Source: Prevotella sp. (GTDB taxonomy: Bacteria > Bacteroidota > Bacteroidia > Bacteroidales > Bacteroidaceae). Taken from it: a stretch of 64,000 nt of DNA. The DNA is taken from positions 3,214 through 67,213 of the forward strand of contig JAFVEE010000121.1 of assembly GCA_017478085.1 (NCBI GenBank), given 5' to 3'. The notes below the pieces were generated by a model. The model worked only from the letters and a program-made list of their open reading frames with translations. It ran no database searches and was not told the DNA's origin. Below, in pieces: positions 10,479-20,866 of the stretch (position 1 is the stretch's first letter; the number at the start of each line of letters is the position of its first letter). The position numbers were made by a program, and so were the translations under genes.

Positions 10479-12875
10479 ATGATGCTGAAAAGAACCCTTT
10501 TTCTTGCAGCCCTGTCCGTGACGATGACGGCCAGTGCTCAACGTAGCGTGACTAACCTGGACTTTGGCTGGCTGTTTCATGCCGGCGATATGGAGAACGC
10601 CCAGCAAACGACCCTGGCCGACCATTCGTGGCGACAAGTGGCCCTGCCCCACGATTTCCAGATAGAGCAGCCCTGGGTGGCACCCGCTGCCGACGAGAAG
10701 GCCGACAACACCGACGTGGCGGCCAACATCAAGAGCCGCCTCTCAAGCCGGGGCTTCAAGGAGATGGGAAAGGGTTGGTACCGACTGCACCTGACGCCTG
10801 CCGACTCGCTGCGCGGCCGTAGGCTGCTGCTCGACTTTGGCGGCATCATGTACACTGGCGATGTCTACCTGAACGGTGAGCGCATCGGCGGCACCGACTA
10901 TGGCTATGTGGGCTTCCAGATCGACGTGACCGACCGCTTGAAGTTTGGCCAGGACAATGTGCTGGCTGTGATGGCCGACACCCGCGAGCCAGGCAACTCG
11001 CGTTGGTACACGGGCGGCGGACTGTTTCGCAACGTGAGGCTGGTGGCCACCAACCGCGAGGTCTACTTCGAGCGCCATCCGCTCTACATCACTACTCGCG
11101 ATAATAGATATGTCAGCATATCGGTCGAGGTGACCATGCGTGGCAAGGAGAAGAAGATGCCCGTGGCCATAAGGATTACGGGTCCCGACGGGCAGACCGT
11201 CTACGAAGGCCGCGCCGAGGTGAGCCGCCCCACGCCCTCGCGCACCACCGAGTGCCGTCTGCCTGAGATTGAGATTCCCAATGCCCAGCTCTGGGACACC
11301 GAGCACCCCAACCTCTACACCGCCGAGGTGACCCTCTGCCGCGAGAACGGGCAGGAGGTCGACAATGCCACGGAGCGCTTCGGCATTCGCACGCTGGAGT
11401 TCGGCCCCGACTTCGGCTTCCGGCTGAACGGCAAGAAGGTGCTGCTGCAGGGCTATGCCAACCACCACACGCTGGGAGCGCTGGGCGCTGCCGCCTATCC
11501 CCGCGCCATAGAGAAGCGCCTGCAGCTTATGAAGCAGTACGGCATCAACCACATTCGCACCAGCCACAACCCCTATAGCCGCGAGTTCATCGAGCTGTGC
11601 GACGAGTACGGCATCCTGCTCGTAGACGAGCTCTACGACAAGTGGACGCGCCAGCACACGGGTGGCCGTGTGGCCTTCGAGCAGCACTGGCAACACGATG
11701 TGCCCGAGTGGATCAAGCGCGACCGCAACTCGCCCTCGGTCATCCTGTGGAGCCTGGGCAACGAGCTGCAGCAAGACCCCAACCAGCCGTTCAACGACTT
11801 CGGCGTGACCATGTACCGGCTGATGCGCCCGCTGGTCAATCGCTACGACTCTACCCGCCTGGTCACCGTGGCCATGCACCCGCGCTACCGCAACTGGCAG
11901 ACTGACTCGCTGCCCTGCGACCTGGCCATGATTACCGATGTGCAGTCGTATAACTACCGCTACATGTACTTCCCCGGCGACGGCCGCCGCTTCCCGTGGA
12001 TGAAGTTCTACCAGAGCGAGGCCTCGGTGGCCGCTATGGGCCAGAACTTCTTCGAGATGGAGCTCGACAAGGTGATTGGTCTGGCCTACTGGGGGGCCAT
12101 TGACTATCTGGGCGAGAGCCAGGGATGGCCTGCCAAGGGCTGGGCACAGGGCGTGTTCGACATTTCGCTGGAGCCCAAGCCAAAGGCCTACTATATGAAG
12201 AGCTTCTTCAAGCCCGAGGAGCCGGTGGTTCACATTGCTGTGGTCGACAAGAAGGGCGACCAGATGTGGAACGGTGTGCAGACGGGCAACGACGGCATGA
12301 GCGACCACTGGAACCGCATGGCCGGACAGAAGCTGTCGCTCATCACCTATACCAATGCCGACGAGGTGGAGCTTCTGCTCAACGGCAAGAGCCTGGGCAA
12401 GAAGCAGAACAACCTGAAGGATGCCAAGATGCGCAACCAGATACGCTGGAACGACGTGGAGTACCAGCCCGGCACGCTCGAGGCCGTGGCCCGCACGAAG
12501 GGACAAATCGTAGCCCGCCACAGGATTGAGACCACTGGCGAGGCCGTGAAGCTCGTGGCCCAGGCTGACAACCAGCAGTGGAAGGCCGATGGCATGGACT
12601 TGCAGCACGTGCGCATTGTGGCAGTTGACAAGAAAGGCCGCCGCGTGCAGACCACCAACCAGCTGGTGACGTTCAGCGTCGAGGGCAATGCCCAGGTGGT
12701 AGGCGTCATTAACGGCGATATGAATAGCAACGAGATGACCGTGGGCAATACGCGCTCGCTCTTCAACGGTACCTGTACCGCCATTCTGCGTGCCGGTCGC
12801 GCTGCCGGTCCCATCACTCTTACGGCATCGGCTCCGGGGCTGAAGCCCGTGAAAATGAAGCTGCAGACCCAGTAG
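10479..12875 (+). CDS. Glycoside hydrolase family 2 (beta-galactosidase-like)
   Basis: Signal peptide; RWYTGGGLFR, RFGIRTLEF, IRTSHNP and RNSPSVILWSLGNE (GH2 acid/base motif); C-terminal Ig-like domains. -7 box at 10435-10442. Confidence 0.92.
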   Translation: MMLKRTLFLAALSVTMTASAQRSVTNLDFGWLFHAGDMENAQQTTLADHSWRQVALPHDFQIEQPWVAPAADEKADNTDVAANIKSRLSSRGFKEMGKGWYRLHLTPADSLRGRRLLLDFGGIMYTGDVYLNGERIGGTDYGYVGFQIDVTDRLKFGQDNVLAVMADTREPGNSRWYTGGGLFRNVRLVATNREVYFERHPLYITTRDNRYVSISVEVTMRGKEKKMPVAIRITGPDGQTVYEGRAEVSRPTPSRTTECRLPEIEIPNAQLWDTEHPNLYTAEVTLCRENGQEVDNATERFGIRTLEFGPDFGFRLNGKKVLLQGYANHHTLGALGAAAYPRAIEKRLQLMKQYGINHIRTSHNPYSREFIELCDEYGILLVDELYDKWTRQHTGGRVAFEQHWQHDVPEWIKRDRNSPSVILWSLGNELQQDPNQPFNDFGVTMYRLMRPLVNRYDSTRLVTVAMHPRYRNWQTDSLPCDLAMITDVQSYNYRYMYFPGDGRRFPWMKFYQSEASVAAMGQNFFEMELDKVIGLAYWGAIDYLGESQGWPAKGWAQGVFDISLEPKPKAYYMKSFFKPEEPVVHIAVVDKKGDQMWNGVQTGNDGMSDHWNRMAGQKLSLITYTNADEVELLLNGKSLGKKQNNLKDAKMRNQIRWNDVEYQPGTLEAVARTKGQIVARHRIETTGEAVKLVAQADNQQWKADGMDLQHVRIVAVDKKGRRVQTTNQLVTFSVEGNAQVVGVINGDMNSNEMTVGNTRSLFNGTCTAILRAGRAAGPITLTASAPGLKPVKMKLQTQ

Positions 12876-12974
12876 CTTTGTTTTAAAAAATGAATAGATG
12901 TTAAGAGTTTTGGAGGATTCGAGGAAAAAGAATACTTTTGCACGTCAATATACGTAATTCGCGAGCAAAAGATA

Positions 12975-15569
12975 ATGAGACAACGAATAGTACTGGCCTT
13001 CGTGGTGGCCCTGCTGGCACACCTCACGGCCTTTGCACAGAAGATGACTGCTAACGCCCCGCAGCAAGTGGCTGCGGGCCAGCAGTTCCGACTGACCTAC
13101 ACGGTGAACACGCACAACGTGAGCAACTTCAAGGTGGGGCAGATTCCAGAGGAGTTCGAAATCCTGATGGGCCCCAGTACCTCGACCCAGTCCAGCTTCC
13201 AGATGGTCAACGGCCACACCACGCAGTCATCATCGGTCACCTACACCTATATCCTGAGTGCCACCAAAAACGGTACCTTTACCATTCCCGCTGCCACGAT
13301 TACTGCCGATGGCAACCAGATTTCATCGAACTCGCTGAAGATCACCGTGAGTGGCCAGGCCCAGAGCAATGCGGGTAGCGGTCAGCGACAGCAGCAGGGC
13401 GGTCAGTCGCAGATGCGCGATGCCAGTACGGCCATCAGCAGCAGCGACCTTTTCATTCGTGTCAGTGCCAACAAGAAGCGTGTGGTGGAGCAGGAACCCG
13501 TTCTGCTCACCTACAAGGTCTACACGCTGGTAGACCTGACTCAGCTGGAGGGTAAGATGCCTGATCTGAAAGGCTTCCACACCCAGGAGGTGGCCCTTCC
13601 CCAGGAGAAGAGCTTCAAGATTGAGCAGCTGGATGGGCGCAACTATCGCACCGTGACGTGGAGCCAGTATGTCATGTTCCCCCAGATCACGGGCAAGCTG
13701 CAGGTGCCCAGCATCACCTTCAATGGCATTGTGGTGCAGCGCAACCGCAACATCGATCCCTTCGAGGCTTTCTTCAACGGTGGCTCCGGCTATGTTGAGG
13801 TGAAGAAAGCCATTCAGGCTCCCAGCATTGAAATACAGGTAGACCCGCTGCCCCAGCGTCCGGCTGGGTTCTCGGGCGGTGTGGGTAAGTTCAATATTTC
13901 AGCCTCGCTCGACAAGACCGAGGTGAAGGCCAACGACCCCATCACCCTGCGGGTGGTGGTGAGCGGTACGGGCAACCTGAAGCTCATCAAGGAACCCGTG
14001 GTGGGCTTCCCCAAGGACTTCGACCGCTATGATGCCAAGGTGACTGACAAGACCCGCCTGACCACCAATGGCGTGGAGGGCAGCATGATCTACGACTTCC
14101 TGGCTGTGCCCCGCCATCAGGGCGAGTTTGATATTCCCGCTATCGAGTTTACCTACTACGACACCGCTTCCAAGCAATACAAGACGGTGAAGACCGATGC
14201 TTTCCACCTGCATGTGGAGAAGGGCGAGGGCGGCACGTCGGTGGTGCAGGACTTCACCGGGCAGGAAGACGTTCAGCTGCTGGCCAAGGACATACGCCAC
14301 ATCAAGCTGGGCAGTGCCCGTCAGCAGCAGGCTGGCCACTACTTCTTCGGCAGCAGCCTCTACTGGGTGTTCATTGCTGTGCTGCTTGTGGCCTTCATCT
14401 CGCTGTTCATCGTCTTCCGCAAGCGGGCCATCGCCAATGCCGACGTGGTGGGCTCGCGTGCCGGCAAGGCCAACAAGGTGGCTACCAAACGACTGAAGAA
14501 GGCCTCGAAGCTGATGCAGGAGTCGAAGCCCAGCGAGTTCTACGACGAGGTGCTGCGTGCCCTGTGGGGCTATGTGGGCGATAAGCTCAACATACCCGTG
14601 GCCCAGCTGTCGCAGGACAATATACGCGAGCGGCTGATGGAGCGTGGTGTCGACGGTTCGACCATCGATCAGTTCCTCGATGCCCTGAACGAGTGCGAGT
14701 TTGAGCGCTACGCTCCGGGCGATCCCAAGGGTAATATGAATAAGGTATATACGAAGGCTATGACGGCCATCGAGAAGATTGAAGGCGTGATGAAGAAGAG
14801 CAAAGTGAAGGTTGGTGATAGCTCTCTTAAAGGGCTGATGCTGTTGCTGTTATGCACACTTGCTTCTATGCAGTCTATGGCCGTGACCAAGGCCGATGCC
14901 GACAGCGCCTACGTGCAGGGCAACTACCAGAAGGCCATTGCGCTCTACGACTCGCTCTTGCAGCAGGGCGTGAGCACCGAGCTTTACTACAACCTGGGCA
15001 ATGCCTACTATCGTATGGATGACATCACCCATGCCGTGCTCAATTATGAGCGTGCGCTGAGGCTGTCGCCCGGCGATGCCGACGTGCGCTTCAACCTGCA
15101 GATGGCCCGTTCGAAGACCATCGACAAGATTGTGCCAGAGTCTGAGGTGTTCTTCGTCACGTGGTATCGCTCGCTCGTCAATATGGCCAGCGTCGATGGC
15201 TGGGGCTATATGGCCCTGGTGTCGCTGGCTCTGGCCGTGGTATTGGCGCTCATCTACCTGTTCTCCTCGCCCGTATGGCTGCGCAAGGTGGGCTTCTTCG
15301 GAGCCTTCACCCTGTTGGTGCTCTTCCTGCTGGGTAATCTCTTTGCCTATCAACAGAAGAACGATCAGGATCACCACAAGGGGGCCATCGTCATGGGCTC
15401 GGCAGTCAATGTGAAGAGTACGCCTGCCCAGAACGGCACCGATCTCTTCATCCTGCACGAAGGAACCAAGGTGAACATCGTTGACGATACGATGCGCGAA
15501 TGGAAGGAAGTGCGTGTGGCCGATGGTAAGCAAGGATGGCTGCCCGCCAAGGACATAGAACTGATATAA
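12975..15569 (+). CDS. batD: BatD family protein fused to a BatE-like TPR + SH3 module
   Basis: BatD-like Ig repeats and TM. The C-terminal part has a TPR (YYNLGNAYY), TM pairs and an SH3-like end (LHEGTKV...GKQGWLP). -7 box at 12933-12940. Confidence 0.85.
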   Translation: MRQRIVLAFVVALLAHLTAFAQKMTANAPQQVAAGQQFRLTYTVNTHNVSNFKVGQIPEEFEILMGPSTSTQSSFQMVNGHTTQSSSVTYTYILSATKNGTFTIPAATITADGNQISSNSLKITVSGQAQSNAGSGQRQQQGGQSQMRDASTAISSSDLFIRVSANKKRVVEQEPVLLTYKVYTLVDLTQLEGKMPDLKGFHTQEVALPQEKSFKIEQLDGRNYRTVTWSQYVMFPQITGKLQVPSITFNGIVVQRNRNIDPFEAFFNGGSGYVEVKKAIQAPSIEIQVDPLPQRPAGFSGGVGKFNISASLDKTEVKANDPITLRVVVSGTGNLKLIKEPVVGFPKDFDRYDAKVTDKTRLTTNGVEGSMIYDFLAVPRHQGEFDIPAIEFTYYDTASKQYKTVKTDAFHLHVEKGEGGTSVVQDFTGQEDVQLLAKDIRHIKLGSARQQQAGHYFFGSSLYWVFIAVLLVAFISLFIVFRKRAIANADVVGSRAGKANKVATKRLKKASKLMQESKPSEFYDEVLRALWGYVGDKLNIPVAQLSQDNIRERLMERGVDGSTIDQFLDALNECEFERYAPGDPKGNMNKVYTKAMTAIEKIEGVMKKSKVKVGDSSLKGLMLLLLCTLASMQSMAVTKADADSAYVQGNYQKAIALYDSLLQQGVSTELYYNLGNAYYRMDDITHAVLNYERALRLSPGDADVRFNLQMARSKTIDKIVPESEVFFVTWYRSLVNMASVDGWGYMALVSLALAVVLALIYLFSSPVWLRKVGFFGAFTLLVLFLLGNLFAYQQKNDQDHHKGAIVMGSAVNVKSTPAQNGTDLFILHEGTKVNIVDDTMREWKEVRVADGKQGWLPAKDIELI

Positions 15570-15572
15570 GAG

Positions 15573-16274
15573 ATGGACTGGAGTGCACTGATAGAGTTCG
15601 ACAAGGAGCTGCTTCTGGCCGTGAACGGCAGTAGCTCGCTCTTCTTAGACGGTCTGGTGAAGACGCTTACCACGGCTGCCACGTGGATTCCGCTCTACGT
15701 GTCGCTCTTCTATCTGGTGCTGAAGAACAACGACTCGGTACAGAAGATTGTGCTCATCGTGGCCTGTGCCGGACTGTGCGTCTTCATTGCCGGTTCGCTC
15801 GACGATATGATCGTGAAGCCCCTCGTGGCCCGCTGGCGACCCACCCACGACCCGCAGATAGGCGTGCTGGTCGACGTGGTCAACGACTACCGGGGCGGCA
15901 ACTACGGCTTCTTCTCGGCCCATGCCAGCAATACCTTCAGCCTGGCCGTGTTCTTTTCGCTCCTCATTCGCAACAGGCTGCTCACGTTCTTCCTTGTGCT
16001 GTGGTCGTTCGTCAACTGCTGGACGCGCATGTACCTGGGTGTTCACTACCCTGGCGACATTCTCTGCGGCCTGCTGTGGGGCGGCCTGGTGGGCACGGGC
16101 GTGTGGTGGCTTCACGGGCGCATAGCCCGGAGGTGGAGCTCAGGTCGAGTATTCGTGTCGGAGCAATACACGCCCACGGGCTATCAGGTGGTCGACGTCG
16201 ATGTGGTCATCAGCGTGATGCTGTTTACCTTCGTCTATGCCATTCTGCGTGCCTGCTATTTCCTCTACGTTTAA
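15573..16274 (+). CDS. PAP2 family phosphatase
   Basis: KPLVARWRP, FFSAHA and TRMYLGVHYPGD motifs. Confidence 0.92.
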   Translation: MDWSALIEFDKELLLAVNGSSSLFLDGLVKTLTTAATWIPLYVSLFYLVLKNNDSVQKIVLIVACAGLCVFIAGSLDDMIVKPLVARWRPTHDPQIGVLVDVVNDYRGGNYGFFSAHASNTFSLAVFFSLLIRNRLLTFFLVLWSFVNCWTRMYLGVHYPGDILCGLLWGGLVGTGVWWLHGRIARRWSSGRVFVSEQYTPTGYQVVDVDVVISVMLFTFVYAILRACYFLYV

Positions 16275-16284
16275 AGACTAACCT

Positions 16285-19227
16285 ATGATAAAACGAACCC
16301 TTAGCGTCCTGCTGGCTGCCGCCGCAGGCTCGCTGGCATGGGCACAGACGCCCATTGCCGGAGCTCTCCAGTCGTATAATGACCAGTCGCGTGGCCAGTC
16401 GCGCACGCAGCAGTATCGTCCTGTGGGCAATGCCTTTGTGTGCGAGAATGGACATAACCGCTTTACCCGCGCCCTCTATGGCAGTCCTACCGACTGGCGT
16501 GTGGAGACCAGCGACCGTCCCATCTTTGCCGTGGTGAAGAAGGGCCATCATCGCAGTCTGCGTTTCGTGGTGGGGGGCGTGCCCCTCGACTCTACCGACT
16601 ATTGTCTGGCCACGTACCACGACGGTATGCGTGAGTATGAGCTGCGCGACCACCGCTGGCCAGGCCAGGGCGTGCTGCGGGTGGGCGTGGTCGCCTCGCC
16701 TACTGAAGAGATGGCCGTGTGGCGCTTCGAGGCCGATGGCGCAGCGTTGCCGCTTGATGTGAAGGCGAAGGTGTGCCAGATAGCCAACCCGAAGCTGAAG
16801 CGAAATGGCGACATCGGGGCTGATGCCCCCGGCGTGTTTGAGCCCGACCCGCAGGAGTCGGGACTGGTCGTTAGCGATGCCCAGTATCAGGACGAGCGCC
16901 GGTCTACGGGCTATGTGGTCGTCAGGCTCGACTCGGTGGCACCCATGCCTGCCTTGCAGGCGCAGCAGGCCTATCAGACTGCCACTGACCATTTCAGCGG
17001 GCTGGCCCGTCGCATAGAGTTCCATACCCCTAACCCTTACATCAACGCTCTGGGCAGCGCCCTCGTGCTGGCTGCCGATGGCGACTGGGACGGTCAGACG
17101 TGGCTGCATGGCTGCATAGGCTGGCGCATGCCGCTGGCTGGATGGCGTGCCGCCTATGTGGCCGACGTGCTGGGGTGGAACGACCGTGCGCTGCGCCATT
17201 TCGATGCCTATGCCAAGAGCCAGGTCAGTGCAGTCCCGGCCACCATTCCCCATCCCTCGCAAGACGCGAAGATGAACATGGCGCGTGCCGAGAAGAAGTG
17301 GGGCACGCAGATGTACTCCGACGGCTACATCTGCCGCAATCCTGAGCGCAACGACCAGATGCACCACTACGATATGAACCTGAACTATATGGACGAGCTG
17401 CTGCGTCACTTTATGTGGGATGCCGACACGGCCTATATGCGCCAGATGTGGCCTGTCATCAAGAGTCATCTGGCCTGGGAGAAGCGTAACTACGACCCCG
17501 ACGGTGACCATCTCTACGATGCCTACTGCTGCATCTGGGCCAGCGATGCGCTCTATTACAGTGGTGGTGCCGTGACGCATTCTTCGGCGTACAACTATTT
17601 CGATAATCATGTAGCTGCCCGCATTGCCAAGATCATTGGCGAAGACCCCACGCCTTATAAGAAAGAGGCCGAAGCCATCAGACAAGCGATGCACGAGCGC
17701 CTGTGGTTGAGCGATGCTGGACATTGGGCTGAATATCAGGACGGTATGGGGCTGAAGCGTGTGCATGAGGACGCTGCTGCCTGGAGTTACTACACACCGA
17801 TAGACTGTGGTGCAGGAACCCCCAAACAGTGGGCGCAGGCCATACACGCCATGAGCCGCAACCTGCCTCACATCAGCGTGGAGAACACGCCTTATCATGT
17901 CATTGCTACCAGCAACTGGCTGCCCTACAGTTGGAGCATCAATAATGTGGCAACGGCCGAAACTATGCACATGGCCCTGGCCTGTTTCAAGGCTGGGCAG
18001 AAGGAAGAAGGCTTCGACTTGCTCATGGGTAGTGTGATGGACAATATGTACTATGGCCAGTCGCCTGCCAACTTTGGCCAGCTGTCTCACTATGATGCTG
18101 CTCGTGGCGAGTGTTATCGTGACTTTGGTGACTGCATAGGCATTGCCAGCCGTGCACTCATCGAGGGCCTTTTCGGTGTAAAGCCCGATGCCCTCAGCGG
18201 CAATTGCCTCATCCGTCCAGGCTTCCCCGAAAGTTGGGACAGCGTGACGCTGAAGACACCTTATATAGAATATAAGTTCACGCGCAAGGATGGTAAGGAG
18301 CGCTATGAGATTACTCAGAATTTCCGCCAGCCGCTCACCATTGTCTTGGCACGTTATGACGGTGAAGGATGGTCTTACGTTGATGGCACCAATGAGAAGC
18401 ATCAGGTTCTGGAAGTAGCCTCTTTCAAGGGAGAAAACAGCCTGGTTTCTACCCGGAACCAGCCTGTTTCCCACCCGGAACCAGCCTACTTCGGATTGGA
18501 AGAACCAGACCTTTCAAGACCATTCCAGATGCAGGACATCGGCAGTTACTTCAATTCTGAGGTCGACGACATCTTCCGTAACCAATATTTATCGCCCCGT
18601 CCGCAGAGCACCACGCTGCAGATACCCGTTCAGGGGGTAGGGGAGTGGTGCCATCCGCAGTACACGCCCGTGATCAACGACTCCGTGTTCCGCACGCTGG
18701 CCGTGGGCAATCGCTTCGAGGTGGCGGGTGTTCCCTTCAGCACCCCGCAGGCAGGGCGCAACGTTGCCTACGTGAGCCTCTGGGACAACTATCCCGATGC
18801 GCTGACCATTCCGCTTCGGGGCCGTGCCTCCAGTGCCTATCTGCTGATGGCTGGAAGCACCAACCACATGCAGTGCCGCATAGACAATGGCCTGGTGGTG
18901 GCTACCTACAAGGACGGCTCCACTGATACCCTGCTACTGCGCAACCCCGAGAACTGGTGCCCCATTGAGCAGGACTACTTCGTCGATGGTCAGGCCTTCT
19001 GCACCGTCGCCCCCCGTCCCTACCGCATAGCCCTGGGCACGGGCACCGTGAGCCGCGACCTGGGTCAGGCGCTTGGCATCAAGGGTGTCTATGGCCGTGA
19101 GATTCCCGGTGGTGCCGCACAGATGTTGCGCATGCCGCTCAATGGTAAAAAGAAATTGGAGAGCCTCACTCTTCGTGTGCTCTCCAATGATGTGGTCATC
19201 GGCCTTATGGCTGTCACCTTGCAATAA
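16285..19227 (+). CDS. Secreted DUF4450-like protein, probable (alpha/alpha)6 glycoside hydrolase
   Basis: Signal peptide; NRFTRALYG, WLHGCIGWRMPLAGWRAAY and HHYDMN motifs recognised as a Bacteroidales conserved family. Confidence 0.7.
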   Translation: MIKRTLSVLLAAAAGSLAWAQTPIAGALQSYNDQSRGQSRTQQYRPVGNAFVCENGHNRFTRALYGSPTDWRVETSDRPIFAVVKKGHHRSLRFVVGGVPLDSTDYCLATYHDGMREYELRDHRWPGQGVLRVGVVASPTEEMAVWRFEADGAALPLDVKAKVCQIANPKLKRNGDIGADAPGVFEPDPQESGLVVSDAQYQDERRSTGYVVVRLDSVAPMPALQAQQAYQTATDHFSGLARRIEFHTPNPYINALGSALVLAADGDWDGQTWLHGCIGWRMPLAGWRAAYVADVLGWNDRALRHFDAYAKSQVSAVPATIPHPSQDAKMNMARAEKKWGTQMYSDGYICRNPERNDQMHHYDMNLNYMDELLRHFMWDADTAYMRQMWPVIKSHLAWEKRNYDPDGDHLYDAYCCIWASDALYYSGGAVTHSSAYNYFDNHVAARIAKIIGEDPTPYKKEAEAIRQAMHERLWLSDAGHWAEYQDGMGLKRVHEDAAAWSYYTPIDCGAGTPKQWAQAIHAMSRNLPHISVENTPYHVIATSNWLPYSWSINNVATAETMHMALACFKAGQKEEGFDLLMGSVMDNMYYGQSPANFGQLSHYDAARGECYRDFGDCIGIASRALIEGLFGVKPDALSGNCLIRPGFPESWDSVTLKTPYIEYKFTRKDGKERYEITQNFRQPLTIVLARYDGEGWSYVDGTNEKHQVLEVASFKGENSLVSTRNQPVSHPEPAYFGLEEPDLSRPFQMQDIGSYFNSEVDDIFRNQYLSPRPQSTTLQIPVQGVGEWCHPQYTPVINDSVFRTLAVGNRFEVAGVPFSTPQAGRNVAYVSLWDNYPDALTIPLRGRASSAYLLMAGSTNHMQCRIDNGLVVATYKDGSTDTLLLRNPENWCPIEQDYFVDGQAFCTVAPRPYRIALGTGTVSRDLGQALGIKGVYGREIPGGAAQMLRMPLNGKKKLESLTLRVLSNDVVIGLMAVTLQ

Positions 19228-19228
19228 G

Positions 19229-20812
19229 TCAGAAGGTATAACCGAGGGTAAAGAGTAGCTGATGACGCTTGTTGTTGACAGCTACCTTGTTGGCTTCCAC
19301 CCTTACGTCGGGGTCGCTGGGCGACTCGTAGTAGAAGGGCTCGAAGTTGCCTTTCTGTGTGGCATACTGGTAGGCGGCCGAAATGTTCCACTTGCCTATT
19401 TGATAGCCCAGGCCGCAAGTAATGCGATGGGTAGCTTCCCAGTTGGTGAAATCGGTGGCCGTGCTGACGGAGGTGCCTTCAGAGTCGATGGTCTGATCCT
19501 TAAAGCCGTTCTCCTCATACATAGGCGAAACATAGTTGTAGCCCAGTCGTACTGCCAGTTCGGGCACGGGCTTCAGCTCGGCTCCCAGCTTTAGGGTCGA
19601 CACACCCCTCAGCGTATTCTCGGTGTGACGGTTCATTTCGGTATCGCTCTCGCTGTCCTCGTTCCATCCATTGCTGTAGTCAATGCGCGAATCGAGTGCC
19701 GAGTAGTCGGAATATTCGTAGCTGGCACCCAGTGCAACATTGGTACCGATGGTGTGGCCAACAGATACGCCAAACTTCCAGGGAGTAAAGAGCTTGAAGT
19801 CGTGCGAGAAGTTCTCGCAGCGGGCCCTGCCACCGGTATAGGCCGTACCGTCGTTGTAGCGTCCTCCCCAGTCGGTGAGGTAGGTATAGTTGCTGGTGGT
19901 AAGCCTGTACCAGGTTGGGGTGGCCACCGAGATGCCGAAGCGTAAGGGTGACTCAGCAATGGGACGGAAGATGACGCCCAGCTTCAGGTCGATGCCAGAG
20001 CCATTGATCTCTCGCTCGTCGCAGACACGCAGGTTGTAGTCCTGTGGCTTTGCTATACCGTCGCCTATCAGGTTCTCGGTGTACTCGCCGTAGTGACGAT
20101 AGTTCACGTCGTGCAGGCCAACGGTGATGCCCCAGTAGAAGCTATTGTTTACATTGCCGCTGAGGTTGAAGTCGTACATACCGATGTAGCCCTTAGTGGC
20201 ACGGTCCATGGTGTAACCCGTGGCATCATAGTAGCCCATAGTTGTACCATCCCATACAATGTCGGTGTATTGCATAAGCGTCTCATCGAGCTGGTTGCAC
20301 TGATAGGCAGGCGACGATCCTAACCTGGGCGAGTCGTCAGCATTGCTCTCATAGAGAAAGCCATCGAGCTGTTTTTCGAAGGTCACACCATTGAGCGATG
20401 CATTGTTCAGCCTGTCGGCCACCGAGAGAATGTGGTTGAAGTTGCGGCTCTTGTGGTAGTTGAAGGCGAAGTTCACAAAGTCAGTCTCGCTGGTCTGGTT
20501 GGCCCATACGAAGCCTACCTGGTCGAAGCTCATGACGGTGGTGTGTCCGCCGCCAAAGTCGTTGGCTCCCTGCTGGCTAACGAAGCCCATTGACATTGAA
20601 GCGTTCGACTTGCGGAACAGGCCTATGCCTGCGGGATTCGAGGAGATGGTCGAGAGATCGGCACCCAGAGCATCCATGGCACCGCCCATACCCACATAGC
20701 GTGCTGTTCCGTTCAGGTCTTCGGTGGCAATCTTTGCGTTCTCGTAAGTCTCCTGACCCCATACGGGGGATGTCAGTGCGGCAAGTGCTGCCATATAAAT
20801 GAATTTTCTCAT
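19229..20812 (-). CDS. FadL/OmpP1-like outer-membrane beta-barrel
   Basis: GTARYVGMGGAMDALGADLSTISSNPAGIG hatch motif; C-terminal LGYTF barrel signal; start MRKFIY. Confidence 0.85.
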   Translation of the reverse strand: MRKFIYMAALAALTSPVWGQETYENAKIATEDLNGTARYVGMGGAMDALGADLSTISSNPAGIGLFRKSNASMSMGFVSQQGANDFGGGHTTVMSFDQVGFVWANQTSETDFVNFAFNYHKSRNFNHILSVADRLNNASLNGVTFEKQLDGFLYESNADDSPRLGSSPAYQCNQLDETLMQYTDIVWDGTTMGYYDATGYTMDRATKGYIGMYDFNLSGNVNNSFYWGITVGLHDVNYRHYGEYTENLIGDGIAKPQDYNLRVCDEREINGSGIDLKLGVIFRPIAESPLRFGISVATPTWYRLTTSNYTYLTDWGGRYNDGTAYTGGRARCENFSHDFKLFTPWKFGVSVGHTIGTNVALGASYEYSDYSALDSRIDYSNGWNEDSESDTEMNRHTENTLRGVSTLKLGAELKPVPELAVRLGYNYVSPMYEENGFKDQTIDSEGTSVSTATDFTNWEATHRITCGLGYQIGKWNISAAYQYATQKGNFEPFYYESPSDPDVRVEANKVAVNNKRHQLLFTLGYTF

Positions 20813-20866
20813 ACGTTCTGCTGTTATTATGATGATCAATATATTCTATCTTCAATGTGCCAATGC

